Of a stretch of 64,000 nucleotides of DNA, positions 27,706 through 37,385 are shown piece by piece. The stretch is from positions 2,740 through 66,739 of the forward strand of contig CAZVRU010000003.1 in assembly GCA_964629785.1 (NCBI GenBank), in the 5' to 3' direction. The translations under genes and the position numbers were made by a program. Source of the stretch: an uncultured Planctomycetia bacterium. Lineage in GTDB: Bacteria > Omnitrophota > Gorgyraeia > Duberdicusellales > 4484-171. The first letter of the stretch is position 1. Each line of letters opens with the position of its first letter. The notes below the pieces were generated by a model, which was not told the DNA's origin, searched no databases, and saw nothing but the letters and a program-made list of their open reading frames with translations.

Positions 27706-28668
27706 TTACCCTAATCGCTGTCTTTTAGAGGCCAGGCCGATAAGGCCGAGGCTTAAAAGCAGTATAGTAGCAGGTTCAGGTACTGGTTCAGGCACAGGCC
27801 CGGGCATAGGCAGGTTCAGTCCTTTGTAAAAATTCGTGGCATTATCTACAGGCACAGGATTTATCGGGTCCATAGGTATGACATCAGCAAAATCCAGGCC
27901 CAGAGGTATTAAATTCTGGTCCTGGGGCAAAATAGGAGTCAACACCTGATTATCATGGATTATCTGTGTACCGGGCATAGCAGTAAGAGACACATAATAG
28001 CTTAATTCCCAGGGGTCTTCATCTAATAGGATCTCCCAATCATTAAGACCGGCTTGATGCATTATTGTCGACCTCAACACAGTGACGTGGTCATCAGAAT
28101 CAGTATAATAAAGAGTAAGGTCGCCTCCGATAAGTTCTTCATATCCCCATGCAGTTATAGCATGACAGGAATCATCGTTCGTAATGATCAGACTGGTCCC
28201 GTAAAACTCAGTATCTCCGTCATAAAGTTCATCTAAAACTACCTTCAGATCTGCGACCTTATTCCCAGAAGTATAATAATCATCAGTCTCAATGCCCGTA
28301 GTATCATTAAAAATATCAGAATAATGCCAGGTAAGATAAGAATCAAAAGCGGTTTGCAGATAATTGCCGCGATTAGTAAATGCTTCCAGAAATTCATGAT
28401 AAATAGTGTATTCCAGGTCATAGCCGTCATCAATATCACTGGCCAGTCCCCAGTTGGTAAGTTTAAGGATATTAGCGGCTGACGCTGCCCAGCACATTCT
28501 AGAATCTCTGTCGTCATTAGGATCTATGTCCTCGGCAATATTAAACCAGTACTTATTAACATCATTGTACATGGCAGAAGCCTGAAAAAAAGAAAAGGCC
28601 ATTGCCTGGCCTGCCGATACAAAACACATAAATGTACAGATTATTATTGTAAAAGATATATTTCTCAT
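27706..28668 (-). CDS. secreted IdeS/Mac-like (peptidase C66-like) cysteine protease with PEP-CTERM anchor
   Basis: CWAASAANIL (compare IdeS CGAATAGNML), CHAITAWG (His) and YYTDSDD (Asp). C-terminal VPEPATILLLSLGLIGLASKRQR. AGGAGG RBS before the ATG at 28668. Confidence 0.6.
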   Translation of the reverse strand: MRNISFTIIICTFMCFVSAGQAMAFSFFQASAMYNDVNKYWFNIAEDIDPNDDRDSRMCWAASAANILKLTNWGLASDIDDGYDLEYTIYHEFLEAFTNRGNYLQTAFDSYLTWHYSDIFNDTTGIETDDYYTSGNKVADLKVVLDELYDGDTEFYGTSLIITNDDSCHAITAWGYEELIGGDLTLYYTDSDDHVTVLRSTIMHQAGLNDWEILLDEDPWELSYYVSLTAMPGTQIIHDNQVLTPILPQDQNLIPLGLDFADVIPMDPINPVPVDNATNFYKGLNLPMPGPVPEPVPEPATILLLSLGLIGLASKRQRLG

Positions 28669-28893
28669 GACCGTTCCTCCTTGCTTATAAGTGCAAGCAT
28701 AAAACATGCCATATGAATATCAGGCAAAATCCTTCAAATCATTGATTATTAGCAAGGAAGGGATCATTTATCTGTAAACTTTATGAACAGAATGTTAGAT
28801 AAATATACACCCGCCGTAGGCGGGAATGGAAAAGCCGGTTTGTCCAACCTACGGGGCCTGCCCCGGACGTAGCTTCGGGGTTGGACAACGGGG

Positions 28894-29550
28894 TTAGAGC
28901 CAGCCTTTGTCCTGCCAGTACTGGTATTCTTCTTTCCACTCATCTTTTCTGGCTTCGATCACTCTGCGGAAATGCTCTATGCCTTGTTCTATGATCCTGA
29001 TCTGGTCAGGATATTCTTTTTTATCCTTTATATCTGATAAAAGCTTTTGGCCCAGTTGAAAAGCTTCTTCTTTTTTCTCATCTATGGAATATGCTGCTGA
29101 AGACACTGATCCTGAATACTGGGCCCCGCAGGTATGGGCATAATAAGCCAGATAATCAGTCACTTCTTTATCCTGGCCGCTTCCTGAACTTACCACTCCT
29201 GCCACGTATTTTCCCATAAGCCGCTTGCAGTGTATGAAATGGCTGGACCGGTCAAAAAGGGTTTTCATCGCGCCTGTAACCTGGTTTATGTAATTAGGGC
29301 TGGCCAGGATCATCCCGTCAGACTTAAGCATCTTTTTAAGCAGCACATGAACATCATCCTCTATCGGGCAATTGAGGATCTTATCATGGCAGGACTCGCA
29401 GTGCAGGCAGAAATCCAGTTCCAGATCACAGAGATGCACGATCTCACACTCTTCCTGGCCGCACCCGCAGCCCCTTAATACCTCTTTGGCCAGAAGAAAA
29501 GTCGCGCTCTTCTCCTTCCTCGGACTGGCAGAAATCAGCAGAATGTTCAT
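28894..29550 (-). CDS. flavodoxin-like FMN reductase / iron-sulfur flavoprotein family
   Basis: MNILLISASPRKEKS N-terminus plus Cys cluster CLHCESC...NCP. Confidence 0.65.
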   Translation of the reverse strand: MNILLISASPRKEKSATFLLAKEVLRGCGCGQEECEIVHLCDLELDFCLHCESCHDKILNCPIEDDVHVLLKKMLKSDGMILASPNYINQVTGAMKTLFDRSSHFIHCKRLMGKYVAGVVSSGSGQDKEVTDYLAYYAHTCGAQYSGSVSSAAYSIDEKKEEAFQLGQKLLSDIKDKKEYPDQIRIIEQGIEHFRRVIEARKDEWKEEYQYWQDKGWL

Positions 29551-29707
29551 AGTTTTTTATTTAGTGACACGTGACAAGTCTGACGTCAACACGCATATAT
29601 CTGTGAAATCGTGATCTAATCGGTGTAATCAGGCCGCCTTTGGCGGCCCCCTAGCCCCTAGACCCTATTCTTGTCCCCGCCCCGTTTATCTTCGATTCCG
29701 CCACCCT

Positions 29708-29893
29708 CTATCCTTTTTCTCCCTTTTGGTCACTATTTGTACTTTTGGGAACCCCGCTCCCCCCCTGCGGAGGTTTAGATGAATCCAATTGCCCTTGGGT
29801 AGGCTGATATCCTTCCGTAATGGGCTGGTAACCACCTGTTTCTAATTTTGGTTTTGAATCGCTATTTGACGGTTTCGGCTGTTTTTCACTCAT
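29708..29893 (-). CDS. small disordered Gly/Pro/Gln/Ser-rich protein (61 aa)
   Basis: AGGAGG RBS 6 nt before the ATG. Starts 12 bp after the upstream stop. Internal GYQP(I/T) duplication. Confidence 0.45.
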   Translation of the reverse strand: MSEKQPKPSNSDSKPKLETGGYQPITEGYQPTQGQLDSSKPPQGGSGVPKSTNSDQKGEKG

Positions 29894-29904
29894 ATTACTA
29901 CCTC

Positions 29905-30483
29905 CTATTTTAAAAATTCTATCGCCAAAATATCGCTCCCAGACATCAATATCCCCTTAGATCCATCTATAGCATTAAGAAATTTACCATCCTCATTCAA
30001 TTGCCAAACCTCTTCCAGATAAATTTGCTCTTCGGCTGGATAAGATGAGCTAAAGGATTTATTATCATATTTGCCTCCAATCTTTCTCCCATCTTTTAAA
30101 GTGATTATAATCCAATAAGGTTCTTTTTTACCAAAAATGTAATCCCAAGGCTTCTTTATCGGATGTACTATTAATTTTGCTATACATTTGCATGAAGAAA
30201 GTTTTACTAAAAAAAATGGCCATATCGCAGGGCATATAAGCATAATAAAAATGAGAGCTACTCCATACCAAAACGGATGATTCTCGTTTGCTTTAAAATG
30301 AACTATTAAATATATCAACCACGACAATGCAGCGAAATTTAATGAACTGTAAGCAAATATCTCGTAAAGCGATTTAGAAAAATATCTTTGTTCCGTTGGG
30401 ACGATTAAATCATATATTTTTAGTGAAATAAATCCGGGAATAAAAAATATTAAAAACAAATAAAAATCTTTAAATACCTCCAT
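29905..30483 (-). CDS. multi-TM protein with soluble C-terminal domain (192 aa)
   Basis: Three to four hydrophobic helices in the first 110 aa, then a beta-rich ~80-aa tail. Starts 25 bp after the TIR-like gene. Confidence 0.6.
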   Translation of the reverse strand: MEVFKDFYLFLIFFIPGFISLKIYDLIVPTEQRYFSKSLYEIFAYSSLNFAALSWLIYLIVHFKANENHPFWYGVALIFIMLICPAIWPFFLVKLSSCKCIAKLIVHPIKKPWDYIFGKKEPYWIIITLKDGRKIGGKYDNKSFSSSYPAEEQIYLEEVWQLNEDGKFLNAIDGSKGILMSGSDILAIEFLK

Positions 30484-30507
30484 ATCGCCTCCCTTTTATT
30501 CTCTTCT

Positions 30508-31059
30508 CTATTTAATATAGCCCCATGATTGATAAGCTTCTTTGCTGTACCAATTTAAACCAGTTTTAGGTAAATTATTATAGTCAAATTGAGAAATCGC
30601 ACACATAATTACTTTCTCACGAAATGGTATATGTATAACTTTTGCATTTCCGTTGTTAATTCTTATCTTTAATGAATGCGGCCATAGATCTGATAATTTT
30701 CCAGGAGCCATAATGTAATTATAGCTTGGATAAGCAGCAATTATTGGTAATTTGCATTCATCAATAGCATATTGAACTTCCATAGGAATCCAATCACGAT
30801 CATTTTTTGTAGTATTTCCAATAATTAAAATCATATTTTTTGAATTTCTTAATCTTTCCTTTAATACTTTTTCTAGAGTTGTTTTTTTGCTGGAATCCCT
30901 AACAGCGCCAACTTTATCGTGACTATTAACGAATGTGAAATCAAAACGTTTATTCTTATCCCATGCTCTTAATAAATTATAGTATTTCATATCTGATTCC
31001 GTAGGGTCAGAAGTCCCTTCAGCATAAAAAGCTATATAAGTACCACTCCTGTAAGCCAT
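30508..31059 (-). CDS. TIR-like domain protein (DUF1863 / ThsB-like), copy 2
   Basis: YIAFYAEG...SDMKYYNLLRAW...FDFTFVNSHDK...NMILIIGNTT...WIPMEVQYAID layout. Confidence 0.65.
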   Translation of the reverse strand: MAYRSGTYIAFYAEGTSDPTESDMKYYNLLRAWDKNKRFDFTFVNSHDKVGAVRDSSKKTTLEKVLKERLRNSKNMILIIGNTTKNDRDWIPMEVQYAIDECKLPIIAAYPSYNYIMAPGKLSDLWPHSLKIRINNGNAKVIHIPFREKVIMCAISQFDYNNLPKTGLNWYSKEAYQSWGYIK

Positions 31060-31071
31060 ACATCCCTCATT

Positions 31072-31497
31072 CTATACGCTTTGTAAAGCTTTTATGATTG
31101 CGTCTTGATTAAAGCTCATTGCCCAAGTCGCCTTTTGCCCGAGAATTGCAGATGGCGAAGTATAATTTTTATCAATTTTAACCCCAACAAGTTTATTACC
31201 TAACGCTAGACTCTTTTTAATTTCCCAATTTATCCAGTTTACTTCGCCAATTAAATTGGCATCCTTATGTCGGCTGTTAGCATATTGCCCAACGATTACA
31301 AGAGTGTAGTCGGCTTCTTTTATTTTTTGACTTAACCCCGATTTTACTCTATCTACATTATAGCTACTAATTTCATGAGCGGTTTTATCCGCAAATCTAA
31401 ATTTAAAGTTTGTATTGGCATCCCAAGCCTCTAGCAAAAACTTATAATGCTTATCATTTTCATAATCAAAACTCACAAAAACATTTTTTGCATACAT
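31072..31497 (-). CDS. TIR-like domain protein (DUF1863 / ThsB-like), copy 1
   Basis: KNVFVSFDYENDKHY...FKFRFADK...YTLVIVGQ...NWINWEIKKS...LVGVKI parallels B. cereus ThsB (RVFFSFHYQD...VLIGSQT...RWVRYEI). Confidence 0.7.
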   Translation of the reverse strand: MYAKNVFVSFDYENDKHYKFLLEAWDANTNFKFRFADKTAHEISSYNVDRVKSGLSQKIKEADYTLVIVGQYANSRHKDANLIGEVNWINWEIKKSLALGNKLVGVKIDKNYTSPSAILGQKATWAMSFNQDAIIKALQSV

Positions 31498-31510
31498 GAC
31501 ATACTTCCTT

Positions 31511-32578
31511 TTAAAATTTTATCCCTTCACTAAATATTTCTCCGATTTTAATATACTTACCTATTTCACATTTCTTTTCATGAACCCCCTTTTTACTATT
31601 TTTATTCTTATAGATATACTTTAAAGACATATGTTTGTTACTTATATTTAAATTTACATCTATTGGCATATCTGCTTTATTTCTTGTTTTACTATAAATT
31701 TTCCTGCCCCAATCTTGTAACTCATCAGCTAAAATAAGCAAATAAGTAATTGGGTCTTTTTTTGCACTAAGTTTCCCAAAATTAAATGGCTTTTTAAAAT
31801 AGACATACTTATAAAGATTATGTAATAAAATTGCTTTTGCTGCATCACGGACAGGAAAATAGAAGTAAGCCGGATTCCAATTCGTAGATTTTATTAAATA
31901 ATAATACCACCTTAGCATAACAATAGCGCCATATAGCCCGTGATCGATAAATCCTTCTTTTTTCATGCTACTAAGAAAATTTTCAAGGCTCCTTCTTATT
32001 CTTTGCGAACCGTCTTCATAAATTTCTGCAATAATTTCAGATAATAACGTTAGTGCGTTTCTTTTTCTTTTATGCTTCAGAAAAGAATATTTCTTATAGT
32101 ATTCTTGCTGAAATTTTTTGTTGGGTGACAAATATGGCAATTTAACAAAATTATTGAAGTCGGGCAATTCTTCCTCATGCCTAGTTCGATAAAAATCTTT
32201 ATACTTTTTTCCGTTTAACGCATAATTGTCAAAACAATTTCTAAATTTACAATTTTGGTAATAGATGCATATCCCCAAAAGAAAGACATAAACCGAATGT
32301 GAATAATGGTCCCTTTGCTTATCGATTAGCTTTCCAGCATTCTTTTCATATTCTTCCATAAATTGGGTTAATTTTAGGAAAGGATTAGTATTATGCTGTA
32401 TTCCTACCCAATAAGCTTTAAAGAAGCTGTTATAAACTTCATAGGCTGACCGCTCATTTTTTTTAGTTAAAAACTGTGTGACTGAGGTTACAATATCTTC
32501 CTTATAAGACTTTTTTTTATAAACGTCTTCATATATTTCGAGTTCTTTAAAAAATCCCACAACGTATGTTTCCATCAT
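31511..32578 (-). CDS. hypothetical protein with weak HD-superfamily-like ligand pattern
   Basis: RDHYSHSVYVFLLG, FIDHGLYGA, LLHNL and LADELQDW in HD-like order. The track start is a TTG at 32587, with ATGs at 32578 and 32575. I noticed no SIR2, SLOG or Macro motif. Confidence 0.55.
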   Translation of the reverse strand: MMETYVVGFFKELEIYEDVYKKKSYKEDIVTSVTQFLTKKNERSAYEVYNSFFKAYWVGIQHNTNPFLKLTQFMEEYEKNAGKLIDKQRDHYSHSVYVFLLGICIYYQNCKFRNCFDNYALNGKKYKDFYRTRHEEELPDFNNFVKLPYLSPNKKFQQEYYKKYSFLKHKRKRNALTLLSEIIAEIYEDGSQRIRRSLENFLSSMKKEGFIDHGLYGAIVMLRWYYYLIKSTNWNPAYFYFPVRDAAKAILLHNLYKYVYFKKPFNFGKLSAKKDPITYLLILADELQDWGRKIYSKTRNKADMPIDVNLNISNKHMSLKYIYKNKNSKKGVHEKKCEIGKYIKIGEIFSEGIKF

Positions 32579-32667
32579 TCCAGCCAATTTATGCTATATT
32601 ATCCTTTTCTTCTGCAATAAAAACCAATATTTATTGAGCTGCCTCGCTTCAATTGTCATTTCACATT

Positions 32668-33810
32668 TCAAGGGCTGATCCCATAATTTTCTTCTTGCTT
32701 AAAAAGCATTACCGTACCATCAGAAAAAACCGAAACCCCCATTTGGTTAACAGAATGATATCGCTTCAAATCATTTTTTTTCAGCAAAGGATGAGAAAAT
32801 GGCTCAGGTTGTAATCCAGCCTCATATATATCGCGTCTAATACCTTGAAATACTGATCTATGTCCACTGCCTTTAATAAAGAAAGTTTTTTTCTCTTTTT
32901 CGTAAAACCGCTTGTAACGCACCGATTCTTTCGGTAGCCAAGAATCAAACCATTGCCCTAAGAACTCATCTCCATCAATATTAATTGATTTAAGGTATCC
33001 ACGCTTCTCCTTCTCATTAATCAACGTTCGATATACAGACCGGCGACCATAGAGATAGTCCATTGCATACCGATTTAAATAATAAGCACTTTGCGGGAGA
33101 CCAACATACTGAAGAACGCGGCAATAATGCTTTAGACGAAAATATCGGTCATCGCCTCTACTAAATAATTCTTTAAACGAACTCTTATCTGGATCAGCAA
33201 GCAATATTCTAGGTTCATCACCGTTGTGTCCAATGCAAGAAGAAATAATCAATTCGACGTCAAAATATTCTCCACGTTCGTGGTGTGCCCTTTTCTTGTT
33301 TATGCCATCCCCAATTTGTCCATCCTGATTGCCTTTATAACTTGTACCTTTTGATTCAAATATGCATTGCAACTGGCCTGACATGCCTCTGTAATCGAAC
33401 CGTTTGCCTTGCCCGGGCAGAGGCCCTAATTGATCCCACGGAATACCGAAACTTCGTTCAGCAATTAAGCACATCATCCCAATTCCTATCTCTTGACTCC
33501 GAGGGGTTTGTAGATCGCGGCCATAGCCTCCCCTAAACGTGAGATAAGGGCCTTCGAGATCCATGATATTAGTATATAGCCACGCTGATTTAAGACATTC
33601 GTCACTATCCGAAACAGGTAAAGCAGCGGTCTTACAACCGATAGCGTGAAGAAGTTGTCGCGGAGTAAAGGAAAACCCTGTTTGCGTTAAAGTTCTGACA
33701 GGTTCATACTTCATATTTCCTTGCGGCAAAGGACCACGAGGGGAAATATCAACACGCACAGTATGAATTCGGTCAAGACAATCATCTAATTGTTGTTGTG
33801 TCCTAATCAT
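32668..33810 (-). CDS. hypothetical protein with PD-(D/E)xK-like motif
   Basis: SQEIGIG...RFDY...CIFESKG arrangement (E...D...ExK). No other domain recognised. Confidence 0.45.
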   Translation of the reverse strand: MIRTQQQLDDCLDRIHTVRVDISPRGPLPQGNMKYEPVRTLTQTGFSFTPRQLLHAIGCKTAALPVSDSDECLKSAWLYTNIMDLEGPYLTFRGGYGRDLQTPRSQEIGIGMMCLIAERSFGIPWDQLGPLPGQGKRFDYRGMSGQLQCIFESKGTSYKGNQDGQIGDGINKKRAHHERGEYFDVELIISSCIGHNGDEPRILLADPDKSSFKELFSRGDDRYFRLKHYCRVLQYVGLPQSAYYLNRYAMDYLYGRRSVYRTLINEKEKRGYLKSINIDGDEFLGQWFDSWLPKESVRYKRFYEKEKKTFFIKGSGHRSVFQGIRRDIYEAGLQPEPFSHPLLKKNDLKRYHSVNQMGVSVFSDGTVMLFKQEENYGISP

Positions 33811-34077
33811 TTTAGTTTATGGTAATTGTTATCAAAAATAATTTTCACTGTATTCAGCTATCTTTTTACCAAATATTGATTAATTAATTTATTAAAATAA
33901 TATTGGACTGAACCTTCTCATATTGAACATTGTTTTCCCCATGTCTCCTCTCCGTATAAATTTCGAAAAAAAAATTAATACTAAATGCACAGGCCTATTA
34001 AATTTACAATGCTAAATTTTCAATTTGAATTGGTATTCTTTTCGCGATTCCCTGCTCCTGTTATTTCTTATTATCGT

Positions 34078-34971
34078 TCAATTAAATCTTCTAGGCGCTT
34101 TGTCATTTTCATGCTGAGGCATATACCACCAAAAATTTAATTTCCTATTAGGATCATATGTCCTCAACCCCCTGCTATTATCTAAGCTTACTCCCATACC
34201 AGAAATTTTGCACCTATTGTTCAACTCATTTAAAATAAGACAACGTTCCTTATCTGCATTACTTAAATTTGGTTCTCCAGGAATGATACCAGGCAAAAAC
34301 ATTTGATTACCATTAATTTTTTCCCATTTCTTATATACATTAAATGATTCTCTCGAATATACTGCTAGCCCCACGAATAAATCGGATAATTGTATTAGTG
34401 TATTGCTTCCTGACCTTGAGGGGTTAATCCTTAAAATGCGATAATCAGTAATAAATTTTTCCCGTAAGTACGGGTCAGAAAATAAATAATTCGATATTAT
34501 TGTCCTATATTTACCTCTATCTAAAAAACGCTTGATCCTATCCCAATCAATTACTGAATTCTCATCCGGGTAAAGACACCAAGTACAATCACAAGGCCAT
34601 CTGTGCACTAACACATTCTTTAGTAAATGATAGTACATGACTTGTAAATTCTTATTATCGCATCGGCCCATTATTTTGTGTCTATTATCTTCAATATCCC
34701 ATACCAAGATATCTATGCGGATTAAATTTTTTAAAACATATTCAATAGCAAAATCTAATAATTTTAATGCCGCGAACCGATATCTTGCAGTTTTTAACTT
34801 CTCCCATTTAAATTCCCGGATAGCCGAATCACGAAGTAATTCTAAAATCCTTTTATTTACTTGAGTGAAGTTTGTTGATTCGAGACTTATTAGCCCTAGC
34901 CCCCGATACCTTCCGATATTAAAACAAGTTTCATCTGAATATGCTACATGTGAAGCATCAGCTATAGTCAT
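34078..34971 (-). CDS. DUF3800-like protein
   Basis: N-terminal AYSDETC and C-terminal IQLSDLFVGL resemble the DUF3800 DE...QxxD signature. Confidence 0.5.
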   Translation of the reverse strand: MTIADASHVAYSDETCFNIGRYRGLGLISLESTNFTQVNKRILELLRDSAIREFKWEKLKTARYRFAALKLLDFAIEYVLKNLIRIDILVWDIEDNRHKIMGRCDNKNLQVMYYHLLKNVLVHRWPCDCTWCLYPDENSVIDWDRIKRFLDRGKYRTIISNYLFSDPYLREKFITDYRILRINPSRSGSNTLIQLSDLFVGLAVYSRESFNVYKKWEKINGNQMFLPGIIPGEPNLSNADKERCLILNELNNRCKISGMGVSLDNSRGLRTYDPNRKLNFWWYMPQHENDKAPRRFN

Positions 34972-35113
34972 AATAAAGCTTAAGTCTTAGAAGGTGCTAT
35001 ATATGAAGGATAAATACAACAGCCAAGGGGAATATAAATATGCTTTTTTATCATTAAAAATTATTCACTCATCTTGGTTGAACCAAATTAGTGTTGCAGT
35101 TATCCTCAAAGCT

Positions 35114-37375
35114 TCAACTTATTTCTTTATCTTCAATCATAACTTTGTGGGCCACAGGGAGAAATTCCTTCATCCTTTTCTGTAGTTCTGTGATCACAGC
35201 ATCCGCGATAAGATTATCCTCTTTTGAATTTGCCCACTGAAACATCCAAGAGTGACGCTGTGCTTCCAAAAGCAAAGATTTCCTACACACACATTCAGCG
35301 ACTATCTCTGCTAAAATTGCACGAAAATGAACAGATTCGCGCCCTATAAAATCAGGATGAGGCCCCAAATATCTTTTTAATGAAGGATGTCTAGCAGATA
35401 TTAAAAGCAAATAAGGTTTACCTTCGTGATCGCCCCACCTCGCTCTATAATTTCCAAAATCTTCATCTTTTATCTCAATTCGTAATGGCGGGCCGCTCTC
35501 TTCTTTTTGTGTTATTTTTACTTTCGTATCTGCCACATCCGTACCTACCTTTGCTGATAAATTAATTGCCTCGTGCTTTAATCTTCTCCCTTCTATAACT
35601 ATATCAGCTCGTGCGAAGTTAGTCCCTTGCACTGGCACCAAAATGCATCTGCCTTTTACTGGCAAACTAATATTATCACTTGAAGTAACTTTAATTTCTG
35701 TTTCTTTATTTACAAGCTCAGGATATTTAGCAAATAATTGTACCGTTTTTGAGCTCCTTTCTCTGATTTTATAGTGCTTGTGCTCAAATTCTAAGGGAGT
35801 AAGAAACTCTCTTTCCTCTATTTTGTTTTCAACGACTGCGACGAATGCTTCCGCTTTAGGTAATTTTTCATGTTTGGTTTCAATGACAACCCCTTCCTTC
35901 ACAGCCAGCCCTTTGATACTAAATCTACCATATAATAAATCATTTCTTTTTTTATGAACTGATAACTTAACCACGGGGTTTAAAAACTCGATTGCCTCGC
36001 TATCTTTTGCCAATAATACCTCGGCTTCTCCGTTATTAAATATTTTCCTATCAACATATAAACCGAAAGACCTCACATTCCCTAAACCAACATTTGCATA
36101 AGTAGGATATATTATAATTCCGCGCTTAGTAAATGAGCTATCATGCATTCCTGCATCAATACTCGGCTCATCTAAATCTTCAACCTGCTGAATTAAAAAT
36201 TTAGAAGCAGCCTGCGCTAATTTTTCAAAACGTTTTTTTAATTCCTCATTTGCGATTTCCTCGTTCGGCTTTTTTGCAGAAGCACGATCTTTATCAATTA
36301 ACTCCTTTAAACGTTGTGTAGGTAAATCAAGCAAAGCCCTGACGAAGGGGTGTTCTTTCTTAAGTCCATACTGTCTATTAGGATCTATTATCAAACTGGG
36401 ATTTTCTATGGCAGGGGGTTCCTTGTTTTCTATTTTTTTATCGTATTCCTCCATCACAAAATCGATATACTCGCATTCAATTCGCCCAAAATATCTTTTT
36501 CCCTGCACATCATTCTCAAAACTATTCTGTAGCAAACTACACTCATGTCTTGCACGCCTTCCCTTAATAATAAGCCCAGACTTTCTAAACTTCTCAGAGA
36601 GGTCCACTAATGGTTCTGGAGATCTAAATATAATTAACTTTGCCTTTGCCTGCGGATACCCGGGAACAAAATATTTTTCTACGCAAACTAACTCTGCTTG
36701 GGGTCTGTAATATATCAATTTCTCCACATCACCATTTCCATTGAGATCCTTAAAGCCAACATCACATGGAGAACTCTCATCCATAATATCCCTTAAAGCA
36801 ACATGTAAAGGAAGATTTTCGCAAATAGTTTTCGCCCTTGGCAAACTATGCCGCGTTAATTCAATAGTCACTACGGTACCGTTACGTTTTTCAATATGAA
36901 GCGATTTTCGTAAATCTCGAGTGGCAGTTTTCCCATTCTCTAAGGGGATGAAATCTCCGTCGCTAGTTATTTTTATTTTATAGTACTTCTCATCAACAAT
37001 AGATTCAAATGTAGTATCCCCTAATTCTGTAACATCTTTGGCCCCTCTTCCCATTATTCCCCTATCACCCTCTTCGCTACTCCGTCTACCAACGCTTAAA
37101 AGCTTTGTTATCATGGTCTCAAGAGTCATTCCTTCCGCCCTATCTCTTACAATCAAAAGGGAGTTACCATTTCTACGGGCAAGGGTTTCTATTAATATAC
37201 GCCCACCATCTTTAGGGTTCAATTTGCGATTATACAATCTATGGTAACTATCATCAGCATTAGTTATAAGTTCCACTAATGCATCAAAAACGTCTCGTAT
37301 CGCAAACTGACGATTATGGGCCCAATATCTCGTCGTTACTTGCAATTTTAAAGGGCGATTTAGTTTAATTGCCAT
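35114..37375 (-). CDS. GHKL (Bergerat-fold, HATPase_c_3 / MORC-like) ATPase, 753 aa
   Basis: N-box VELITNADDS, G1 box VRDRAEGM and G2 box GIMGRGAKD. I cannot assign the ~600-aa C-terminal part. Confidence 0.7.
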   Translation of the reverse strand: MAIKLNRPLKLQVTTRYWAHNRQFAIRDVFDALVELITNADDSYHRLYNRKLNPKDGGRILIETLARRNGNSLLIVRDRAEGMTLETMITKLLSVGRRSSEEGDRGIMGRGAKDVTELGDTTFESIVDEKYYKIKITSDGDFIPLENGKTATRDLRKSLHIEKRNGTVVTIELTRHSLPRAKTICENLPLHVALRDIMDESSPCDVGFKDLNGNGDVEKLIYYRPQAELVCVEKYFVPGYPQAKAKLIIFRSPEPLVDLSEKFRKSGLIIKGRRARHECSLLQNSFENDVQGKRYFGRIECEYIDFVMEEYDKKIENKEPPAIENPSLIIDPNRQYGLKKEHPFVRALLDLPTQRLKELIDKDRASAKKPNEEIANEELKKRFEKLAQAASKFLIQQVEDLDEPSIDAGMHDSSFTKRGIIIYPTYANVGLGNVRSFGLYVDRKIFNNGEAEVLLAKDSEAIEFLNPVVKLSVHKKRNDLLYGRFSIKGLAVKEGVVIETKHEKLPKAEAFVAVVENKIEEREFLTPLEFEHKHYKIRERSSKTVQLFAKYPELVNKETEIKVTSSDNISLPVKGRCILVPVQGTNFARADIVIEGRRLKHEAINLSAKVGTDVADTKVKITQKEESGPPLRIEIKDEDFGNYRARWGDHEGKPYLLLISARHPSLKRYLGPHPDFIGRESVHFRAILAEIVAECVCRKSLLLEAQRHSWMFQWANSKEDNLIADAVITELQKRMKEFLPVAHKVMIEDKEIS

Positions 37376-37385
37376 TGCGCTCTCC

